Source: a virus. Taken from it: a stretch of 64,000 bases of DNA. Numbering within the stretch: position 1 is the first letter of the stretch; every line of letters starts with the position of its first letter. The DNA lies in IMG/VR virus record IMGVR_UViG_3300047478_000138, positions 16,770-80,769 of that record. The stretch is one strand, 5' to 3'. The notes below the pieces were generated by a model. That model was given only the letters and a program-made list of their open reading frames with translations. It had not been told where the DNA came from and did no database searches. This document shows positions 1-10,000 of the stretch, piece by piece. A program made the position numbers and the translations under genes.

Positions 1-2
1 CA

Positions 3-1655
3 GTGCTTAATGGGGTTACTGTTATGGCTAACCTCAATCTATATGCTGGTGGTGCTGTACAAGAGAGTCATGCGTATAAGCGATTGTACAACATACTTGG
101 CATTAGTGTAGAAGATTTAAAGAAAGAAAAATGGGTAGGTATAGAAGAGTACTACTTATATTTTAATCCTGTGCAAGGCACGTATGATGATATAAGTAAC
201 GAACAATTAACTACGTATTTAGAGTTTCAAGCTCCATTTACTGTAGAAAATGTACCAGTAGTACCACCATTATTACCGGTGTATGATAGGTCTGCATGGT
301 TTACAGCGGAGATAAGCTATGAGCCATTGTTCGTTAATAGCGATGCAAATGTGCTAAGTGATGCTAGTATTATAGATGCAATTAAAGCCGATCCTTATAT
401 AGTTGAATACAGTATTGCAGATGAGCATGTACTTACTGCATTGGCATTGCTGGATCGTAACGAGGTTATATTTGAGAGAGAGTTTAAGGTAACACATAGA
501 AATCTTACAAATGTTACAGCTATAGCACAGACAGATAGAACAAATACTGCTAGCTTTTTGAAAGAGGTTAATATTGAATTTAAGTTTAGACGCAAACCTT
601 TTATATCACAGATTACGTATGATGTGTATTTGAATACTATACGTAGTGCTGTTTATAATTCAGTTAATAGTTTTCCTAACTCAGTTAAATTACAATTGCT
701 AGAAGTATATCATGGTATAGTGCCGTTTATTGACAATGAGATATTATATCAAGGCAGATACCGATTAGATGGGCTACTGGCTATGAAGAGTAAAGAGTTT
801 AATAAGACTATTACTGCCAGGATTAAGACTGGGTATAAGAAAAAGAAAGTTAGTACTTGGAAGAAGCTTGTCACTATAGTCTTAACTATAATAATAATAG
901 TGGTAGCTGTACTAGTCGCTATACCTACAGGTGGGGGTTCTATAGCCTGGGCTAGTGCAGCTATGGTACTAACTGTTGGCTCACTGGCTATGATGGGATT
1001 ATCAATAATACTTGCTAAGAAGGACCCTGCTTGGGCTGCATATATGGGAAAAGCCTCCCAAGTGTTGGGAATAGCTGCAGCTATAGTAGGAATAACTGCT
1101 ATAGTGCAAAGTATGGCACGCGCTGCTGCTGCTGGTGCTACAGCGACGAAAGAAGCGGCTACACAATCACTAATAGCTGCGGGTAAAGAAGTAACAGTAG
1201 AGTCATTAAAAGCAGAGGCATTAGTAGTGGCTGGTAGAATGAGCTTTGTGGAATCACTAAAAGAGATAACACTTGAAAGTATGGGTGATATGCTCATAGA
1301 CTATGTAAAAAACGCAGTCAGTACTACTACTTCCACTAATATGCAGAGTATGCTTAATGCAGCTACTAAAGGATTCCAACTATATGTTAAGCATATAGAC
1401 CCTCCTGCTGATGGACTAGATTATATGACTAGACAGATAGAAGAACAAGAGCAGCAATTAGAGGACTTATCTAGTGCAGGACTAAAAGATAAAATGGACT
1501 ATACATTCAGTAGTCCGTTTTACAATATCTATGATTTCAATGAGATAATGCAGGCAGTTCCACATAGGATGACCCAAGGTAAGATTGATGATACGTTCAA
1601 TAAATACTATGATGGTATAACAAGTAAAGTTACTTATCGAGGATACTTAGGTTAA
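3..1655 (+). CDS. Virion structural/ejection protein with transmembrane helices (5' partial)
   Basis: ORF open from the window edge; hydrophobic segments after KKKKVSTWKK (LVTIVLTIIIIVVAVLVAIP..., two more); no Cys; lies upstream of the vRNAP cluster. Confidence 0.6.
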   Translation: MLNGVTVMANLNLYAGGAVQESHAYKRLYNILGISVEDLKKEKWVGIEEYYLYFNPVQGTYDDISNEQLTTYLEFQAPFTVENVPVVPPLLPVYDRSAWFTAEISYEPLFVNSDANVLSDASIIDAIKADPYIVEYSIADEHVLTALALLDRNEVIFEREFKVTHRNLTNVTAIAQTDRTNTASFLKEVNIEFKFRRKPFISQITYDVYLNTIRSAVYNSVNSFPNSVKLQLLEVYHGIVPFIDNEILYQGRYRLDGLLAMKSKEFNKTITARIKTGYKKKKVSTWKKLVTIVLTIIIIVVAVLVAIPTGGGSIAWASAAMVLTVGSLAMMGLSIILAKKDPAWAAYMGKASQVLGIAAAIVGITAIVQSMARAAAAGATATKEAATQSLIAAGKEVTVESLKAEALVVAGRMSFVESLKEITLESMGDMLIDYVKNAVSTTTSTNMQSMLNAATKGFQLYVKHIDPPADGLDYMTRQIEEQEQQLEDLSSAGLKDKMDYTFSSPFYNIYDFNEIMQAVPHRMTQGKIDDTFNKYYDGITSKVTYRGYLG

Positions 1656-1678
1656 GTTAAAGCTTTATTAGATATAAT
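1652..1678 (+). promoter_or_regulatory. Host sigma70-type promoter
   Basis: TTAAG/TAAAG followed by TATAAT at 1673-1678; AGGAG Shine-Dalgarno before ATG 1721. Confidence 0.6.
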
Positions 1679-1720
1679 GAGTGTATTTAAGTGCACACAA
1701 ATACAAAATAGGAGATTACA

Positions 1721-2224
1721 ATGGCAGTTCAAATGGGATATAAACAAGATGGCACATATGGAATACTAGATGCAGGAGATATAATGGCAACAAATCAATC
1801 CGCATTTGCAACTACTAATCAAATAGGTTCTGTGGCAGTTGAGCCAGTAGGGCCTGCACAAACAGTAGAGTACAATGGTAATATATACGGAATGGATCCA
1901 GGATCAGTGAAATTGATGCAAAATGATGCAGAATTTGAAGGTATGAAAGGAATTCCAGATAGTACTACAGATACCTCTAAAGATCTGCTGGGAATGAATC
2001 CAGATCAGTGGGGTAGTGCTATGAAAATGGGACAAATCGGAATTGGTGCTGGGCAATTAGGGCTAGGATTAGCCAGCTACTTCCAAAATAAAGGATTGGC
2101 TGATAAACAAAAAGAATTGCTTGGGCAACAAATTGAGAGTAATAGGTCCGAAATTGATGCAAGAAAGAACTATAGAAGTGCACTAGATGGCTTCGGTTCA
2201 CAATCACAACCGACAAGGATATAG
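1721..2224 (+). CDS. Putative internal virion (ejection) protein
   Basis: Gly-rich GQIGIGAGQLGLGLASY segment plus coiled C-terminus; no Cys; good RBS. Confidence 0.6.
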   Translation: MAVQMGYKQDGTYGILDAGDIMATNQSAFATTNQIGSVAVEPVGPAQTVEYNGNIYGMDPGSVKLMQNDAEFEGMKGIPDSTTDTSKDLLGMNPDQWGSAMKMGQIGIGAGQLGLGLASYFQNKGLADKQKELLGQQIESNRSEIDARKNYRSALDGFGSQSQPTRI

Positions 2225-2225
2225 T

Positions 2226-3953
2226 ATGGCTAAGTATCAAGTAGACTTCTCTGGAGCTAGAAATATAATTGATCCACTAGAAGGTGTAAGAAACTCACTA
2301 CAGCAAACTAGTACTACACTAGGTCAAATGATTGGTCAAGATGAACAACGTGCAGAGAGATTGCGTGATGAAGCATATAGACGAGATGCACTAGCACTAC
2401 AACAAACTGCTGCTAAAAGAGATGCTGATAAATACAATCAAGAGTTAGCTGATAGAACATTTGCACAAAAGACATTTGCTGCATACAATCAAACTCCAAC
2501 AAGAGATTATTCAGCATTGCCTACACAATTAACTGACACAGAAAAAGGTAAATCAGTAATTAATGATATGTCACTAACATCTGAAGAATTGGCTAATCCA
2601 ACAATGCCATCTGCAATTGCAAAGATGAAAAATCAACAGATACTGTCGGACGTACACGACAAATCTGGGCAAACATTACTTGAATCAGAAAGGTTCAAAG
2701 CTGCAATGGCTTCTACTGCTAAAGGTGCTGATGGAATGATACCATTAAGTATGCAAGAGAAGTTGCTTGGAATGGAGTCTGCAGAACGATCTGCAATGAC
2801 TGCTAAAAGTGAACGTGCTCAAAAAGCTGCTGAATTGCTGTCTAAAGATAGAAGTGAACTGCAAAGAGCTGGATTAAAGGATGCTACAACATTGGCTGCA
2901 GCTGAGATTAGAGCTGCTGAAGGAAAAGGTAGTGGTAATAAAAAGGATAAAAAAGATGATACTCCTAAATGGAAGGACTATGAAACACTTAAAGAAGGGT
3001 TAAATAGCAAATATAGTTTCTGGAAATTTGGGGATGCAGAAAATGTAGCAGCTGTAACTTCCGCAGCAGCTGCTGCAAAAATGAGTCCTGATGAGTTATA
3101 TGGAATAGTTAGTGGGTTAGAAGAAAGAGGATTAGATAATACATTTAATAGAGATAAAGTGCTTACTACAATAGCTGCTAAAAAACCTGTATTGACAGGA
3201 TCTGAGGGCACAGGATCTACTACAAAAACTCCTGGAAAGTTTGCTTCACTAAACCCAATGGCTGGGTATGATGAATTGCTGAAACAGAAAGATGCTGCGT
3301 ATAGACAAGCAGTGGCAAATACAGCTAATACACCCCTAACACAAGCAGATGTACTTGCTGCAAGAAGTGCCAAAGGAGCAACACAGTTAGACGAGTTGAT
3401 TGCTAAACTGGGAAGAACTGCTGGCAAAGCTGAAGTTCAACCGGAAGTTAAGAATACTGCTGTGATGCCTTCACCAGAGGTTAAAAAAGAGGAATCTAAT
3501 ACTGCCAAAAATGAAACTGCAGGCACTAAAAAAGAGGTTAATATTAAGGAATTATTCGCAACTGTACCTGATAAAAAAGAAGCTGATAATAAAACAAAGA
3601 CATTAATAGATGTATTAGGAATACCTCAGACTAATGTGCCTACGGGTCAAACTAGTAATGAATCGGCACAAACTCCATTAGTTAATCCGAGTTGGTCAGA
3701 GAAATCAGCTATGGCTAAACAAATAATGGAAGATCAGAACCTGTCGTGGGAAAAATCATGGGCACAAGTTGAACAAAAAGTACGAGATGCACAAGTAGTT
3801 ACTGGAGTATCTGCTGCGGCTAAAGAATTAGCCCAAAAAGAAGGAATACCATATGAACTAGCTGTGCAGAAACTTGCTGATTTGACAAATATGAGAAATC
3901 CAAGCACTACACTACAAACTACTGCAAGCCCAATAATGAGACAAGGTAGATAA
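2226..3953 (+). CDS. Putative internal virion (ejection) protein
   Basis: Likely start MAKY at 2226 (AAGGA upstream); Ala/Lys/Gln-rich helical protein, no Cys; directly upstream of vRNAP. Confidence 0.6.
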   Translation: MAKYQVDFSGARNIIDPLEGVRNSLQQTSTTLGQMIGQDEQRAERLRDEAYRRDALALQQTAAKRDADKYNQELADRTFAQKTFAAYNQTPTRDYSALPTQLTDTEKGKSVINDMSLTSEELANPTMPSAIAKMKNQQILSDVHDKSGQTLLESERFKAAMASTAKGADGMIPLSMQEKLLGMESAERSAMTAKSERAQKAAELLSKDRSELQRAGLKDATTLAAAEIRAAEGKGSGNKKDKKDDTPKWKDYETLKEGLNSKYSFWKFGDAENVAAVTSAAAAAKMSPDELYGIVSGLEERGLDNTFNRDKVLTTIAAKKPVLTGSEGTGSTTKTPGKFASLNPMAGYDELLKQKDAAYRQAVANTANTPLTQADVLAARSAKGATQLDELIAKLGRTAGKAEVQPEVKNTAVMPSPEVKKEESNTAKNETAGTKKEVNIKELFATVPDKKEADNKTKTLIDVLGIPQTNVPTGQTSNESAQTPLVNPSWSEKSAMAKQIMEDQNLSWEKSWAQVEQKVRDAQVVTGVSAAAKELAQKEGIPYELAVQKLADLTNMRNPSTTLQTTASPIMRQGR

Positions 3954-3969
3954 ATACAGCAAACAAATA

Positions 3970-4008
3970 TTAAGCCAAACACTGCTATAATGAGTAAAAT
4001 ATAGCAGT
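3970..4008 (+). promoter_or_regulatory. Promoter of vRNAP operon with overlapping inverted repeat
   Basis: TTAAG(3970)-N11-TATAAT(3986-3991) with extended -10 TG; ACTGCTATA (3981-3989) / TATAGCAGT (4000-4008) inverted repeat. Confidence 0.6.
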
Positions 4009-4021
4009 ATAAGGTAATATA

Positions 4022-7000
4022 ATGAGCATAGATAACTACTTAATAGACTTAGCTAAAAGTACAGCAACTGATGTGAGTACTGACTTAGCATCCGCACTAA
4101 CCCCTAAAATAGAGCCAGTTGAAGAATCTGCATTCAGTAAAGTTGGTTTGCTACAAGGAAGAACTCAACAAAAACTTGCAAACTTAAGTAGTAAAAGTAC
4201 ATTAGTAGATCCGCTAAAATACAATCCTGTACAAACAAGCGTACAATCAATGACTGTTACAGATGCAGATACGGTAAACCTTAGTGGCACAGGTGCAATG
4301 CGTGTACTAAATGCAAATGCATACGAGACAACTAAACAAGATAAATGGTTCGAAGAGCCACGTAATGTGCTACGTATGGAAAAACAACGAAATGAGTTGG
4401 CAGGTGAGTTGGGTGTTCCTGCGGCACAAGTAACAAATGATATGGTGTTCAAAGTTGGTGAACAACAAAAACAAAATGTACAAAATACTATGCAAGGCAC
4501 GGTAAGAGATAGTGAGGGAAAATTGCTACCATCACTAGTAAGTGCTGATGTAGCAACTAATAGAACTGGATTAGTAGAACCAACAAATAATTATGGTAGG
4601 GACTTGGGAGCTGTAACAAAACTTGGTGGAATGTATAGTACAATAGATGCTGCTGGAAATATAACAGGTGAAAATAATGGTGTAGTAAAATTAGGAGATA
4701 CTCCAAATAAAATGAATATTGACACAGCACTTATAAACTTAAGAAATGCTCTACGTACAAGAGAGTCAAGTGATGACTATAGTTCAGTAAATAAACTGGG
4801 TTATACAGGAGCATACCAATTCGGTGCTGCTAGATTAGCAGACTTAGGAATGGTGAAACCTGGCACTACAAATAAACAATTAAATGAACCTTCCGCATGG
4901 ACTGGTAAGTATGGTGTTGCAAATAAAGAACAATTCCTGCAAAACCCAGAAGTACAAGATGCTGTAATGAATGAACATCTAAAAGATTATGCTAAAAAAT
5001 TGTCCCCAGAAGCTACAAGTATGGAAGATCTAACAGGCAAGATAGCTGCTGCACACTTGCTTGGAGTAGAAGGTGCAAAAGACTTAAATGCAATGGATGC
5101 TAATAAGACAACTGGTAAAGAATACTATGAGTTAGGAAAATTAGCAGGTATGAGTATTGAAGATAGACTGCGTGCTGAGACTAATAAAAAGCATGCGGGT
5201 AGTGCAAGTGAATATGTAGACAGAGTACAAGGTTCATTAGCAAAAGTAGGTGCTGATGCTGCTAATATGATTGAGAAGTTGGTAGGAAAAGAAAATATAG
5301 ATAAATATAACACATTTGCAAGTGATGTTGAGAAGTACTTTGGCGGAGATGGAGATGTTGGGTATATAATAGGTGCAAAAGGTGAGATTAAAGGCACTGA
5401 TAAAAATATACAAGACTTCAGAAACAGAGAAGTTGCTGCTATAGAAATGGGGGTTACACAAGAGACCCTAGACAAGCATAATGCAGCTATGACAAGTGGG
5501 TTAAAAGATTGGGAAAAAGCTGAAAGTGTAACAGATTATATAAAAGTAATGGCTAGAATGGTTCCAGAGGTTCCAGGAATACTTGCAGATAGTGCTGGTG
5601 AGATGGCTGGATTAATGATTCCAGGAGGAATTGGGTTAGTTGCTGCAACAAGAACATCAAATTATGCTGAAGAGTTCAAAAAGAATAATGATAGAGACAT
5701 GACTCCAGGAGAACTGGCTAGAACATTCTTCGGTGAATTGGCTGTACTCGCACCAGAAAAAGTGCTTATAAAGACTGGGGTTGCTGGAGTATTCGGTAAC
5801 TTATCAAAAGGTGGTAGAGCGACTAAGATTGCAACTGCTGCAGGTGGAGAGGGATTACAAGAACTTGCTGAAGGCACTACTGAGAAGTATGCTACTCAAA
5901 AAGTTGGTGATAAAACACTACTTGAAATAGCAACAGATCCAGAACAAACCTTCGGAGCTGCATTGGGAGTAATAAGTGGTGGAGGACTAGCTAGTACTGG
6001 TATAGTGAAAGATGTGGTATCTGCAGTACCTGGCACAGTTAAAAAAGGCATAGGATTAGCAACTGAAATACCGCTGCAAAAAGATACATTAGCAAACACA
6101 AGTGAAGATATAGAAGAGCCAATTGACTTGAAAGCAAAAATGTCAAACATAATGAGTAGAGTAGCTGAAAATGGTGTGATAAGCACAGCAGACATGACAT
6201 CAATTAAAAAGATGGAAGAGCAATTAATATCTACACCAGAAGAGGCACAAGAGCAAAAATTAGCTACAATTAATAGCTTAAAAGATAAATACAAAGCTCA
6301 ATTGCTAGACCCAGAAAATGATACAGTAGTGCTAAAGTCAAAACGTGACTTGATGTATGCAATGCAAGACATTGGTGAAGTAGATGATGCTGTAGATGAA
6401 GTGCTATATGCTAAAGCAGTAAAAGCAGGAATAGTTAAAGATAAAGAAGAGTACATAAAAGTCAAAAAAGACTTTGCAGTAGTTGATGCAGAAGCTAAAA
6501 GTGGACGAATTGGGTACCTAACATTAACCCGAGACTTAGAAAATTTGCTTGATGCAAGTTCACCAAATACTGGTAAAGTAGACAAGTTAGTAAAACGATT
6601 AATAAACTACGAGAAAACTCAGCAAGATTACTTAAATAAAGGCACTGAGCTATACAACAGAGTGCAAAAAGAGATTGAAGCATACAATGCACCTAATGAA
6701 ACAAATCTGCCAAGAAAAACTCCTAAAAGTGCTTCATCAGTAGAGATGGATAATGGATACAAATTCACTGTATATACAGAACTAGATGCTAATGGTAAAG
6801 TGCAGATAAAATCAAATAAAGCACTGCAAGATATACTAGAAGCTAAAAGATTAAACATAGTTGGAATCAAAGAAGGATTACAGAGTGTAGCAGGTAAATT
6901 AGATAGTATAGGGCTTAGTGCAGCTGATACAGGAGTTACCAATAAACCAATAATAAATGCTAAAGGCAACAAATGGTTAGACGCATTTGCTAAAGACTTA

Positions 7001-10000
7001 AAAGGCTCAGAAAGTACTCCAGAAGCAACTCATATATACGCGATTGGCTCAGGTAAGCGTGCAACAGCAATTAAAGAAAGTAACCTAAGCGGAACAAACT
7101 TGACTGACTACACAAAAGATAGTGTAGTATACATGACAATGGATAAAGCAACAACACAAGATGATGTTGATAAACTAAGAAAAGAGTTGTCAAATAAAAA
7201 GAGCGATTTACATAAAGCAATAGAAGCCGCAAAAGAAGCTGGTGCGACAATACGATTAGATGCTACACTAAGACCTAAATCAAAAGATAAGGCAGGCAAT
7301 GCCGTTAAAGATCCACATGCACTAGAAGCACTAAGATTACTGCAAGAAGCATTAACAAACTACGGTAATGAATACAGATCAGTACCAAGTGAAACAAGTA
7401 ACTTCTCGTTCACATTCAAGCCTAAAGCTGAAGCAGAGACCCTAAAAGAATCTGCTAAAAAGGTGAAAGAAGCAAAAGAAGCTGTAACTAAGAAAGTTGA
7501 TGTGGAAGGATACAAAGAATACAGAAACCTTGATAGTGTAAAAGCACAAGAAGCTTATGCAAAAAACTTATGGAATTCAGATGAAGCCATACAAGCTCAA
7601 TACAAAAGTACTGATACTAAAGAAGGATGGGAGAAATTACTAAATAGATTCCATACAATTAGTGCAAATAGTGTGAAAGAAATATCTGCTGAATTAAGTA
7701 AAGCAAATGACTTAGAAAAACAGATTAAAGATACCACTGGATTGACTGGAGTTGATAAAACTCAAGCAGTTATGTTCAATGAAGATATAGAAAATCAAAT
7801 AGCTGAATTAAAAGCTACTATAGATAAAAAGTATGCTAAAAAGGACTATGTAATTGCTGAAACTAATGCAAAAGAAACATCAAAACACTTAGAGTCAATT
7901 GGTGACATAATCCAAGAGATAAAAGAGATTGCACAAAATACAAACTTAGATGAAGAAGCTAAAGCTGCTGCAATACAAGAATTGCTAAAAGATGTTGATG
8001 GAGATGTGGCTAAAACAATACTAGACACAAGTATATCAAAAGGTAAGAAAACAGATACATACAAAAATTACATAGTACCCTTGGATATAAACAACATAGT
8101 AAAAGTTGGTAAAAATACTGTGCTAAGTGTGGCTCCAGTGGAATACTTGTTCAAAAAATTAGCAAATCATCCAGAAATGAGTAGTGTAAGATACATAGAT
8201 GATATGAAAAAAGCATTCGAGAAACTGTTCGTAGTGAATGCTGATAAACCATACGTTAAAGGTGAAGGTGGCACATTAGAATTGCAACTAAGAACAGAAT
8301 CTGCTGTAGGGTTATTCTACAATAAAGCTGGTGAGTTAAATGATACTATGCTGATGGCTGGACAACTTGCGTTAGATGAGTATATGGCTAATAATGGTGA
8401 AATGCTAAATCCCGCATATAAAAGTAGAGAAAACATAGCACAAATGCTTGGTGTTATAGAGTCACAGTTAGGAAAAAATCAAGAAAAACTGCTCCGAGAC
8501 AAAGGTATGTTCTATAAAACAGCGGCTAATAAAGTCGGTAAAGCAGCACTACAAAAGATGGGATATGTGCTTAAAAAAGAGGCTACTGATGTAGAACGCG
8601 AGGCATATGATAGATTAGCTGCTGATGTAGGCAATAGAATACTATTGGCTGGTGTTGCTAATGGAATACTTGAAAGAGATTCAATTTCCTCAAATGAATA
8701 TGGTGAAGCAATTGCTAAAGATTCACAAAAATCGACAGCAAAAAGATCTGAGTTCGTTGATTCAGATGCTGACATAGCATTCATTAAATTCACTAAAAAG
8801 TTTATTGCAAAGAACAAAGATGAGGTTAGTAAAAGAAATGTGAGAGCTGATGTGTACAGAGAAATACACTCATTAATTGGGGATGAAAATTCATTCAGAA
8901 AAATGCCTAGCGAGAATCCAATTAAAACTCCAAGATATAAGAAAGAGCAAGTTGCTAAAGACATTGCCGGAATGCAAATACCTGGAATGGTAAATACAGA
9001 TAAAGATAAAAAGACTCCGGCACAATTCATGGAACACTTAGTAGGTATTAAATGGGAAGTAAATAATGCATTGATAGCTAAAATGCTAAAAGATGTGAAC
9101 ATAGATGTACTAAAAATGCACTTAGGTTATGCATCAGCTGAAGACTTAAATAACATGAGCTTCGATAGTAAAGAATCTGCAGAAGCTAAGAATATGGACA
9201 TAGAGAAAAGTATAGAAGAGTTAAAAATGTTCGTGGATGAAAAAGGTCAAATGAATGCAGAATTGTACTTCGACTGGTTCTACTCAAGTAATGGTAGATA
9301 TATGATGGATAGTAATACATTAAATCCACAAACTGATAAGTTACATAGATTCCTAATACAACCAGCAGAGCATAAATTGAAATACACTGTAAAGGATGGT
9401 AAGTTCACTAAAAAGTCAATGGAATCATTGGTCAACTATGCGATAGCACAAGCATTTGGATTTAAAGTAGATAAAAAGTCTACGGTTAAAATAATGAAAG
9501 CTGGTGAATTGCTAAGAAAAGCTGATCCTAAAGCATTAAGTGAAGTGTTATTCGGAAGTAAAGGTAAAAATGGTGTTAAAGATGTGCATACACACTTCAA
9601 ACTAACAGAGGATGGTACAATAATACTACCAACTACAGAAGGATACAAAGAGAATCCTGCAATGGAGTTCGAACCAGATCACATATCACATACGCTACAA
9701 GCAATTGACATGCTTGAAAAGATTAAAAAAGGCGGAACATTCACATCATCCCTAACAGCAGAGTTCGATGCGTTAACAAGTGGATTCGGATTAAAATTAC
9801 TACAAATACCAATCATAGGTAATGAATTGGTTGGGTTGTGGGATTGGCTAAATAAAGTGGGTGTACTAGAAAAAGGTAAAGCAACTGCAAATAGCATGAA
9901 TGACATACTGGACGGTTCAGGACAAAAGTTCTACGATAGTTACCAAACATTGGCTAAAGAAGTTGCGGTAACTGAAGAAAGTGTACAAGAAGCAATAGCG

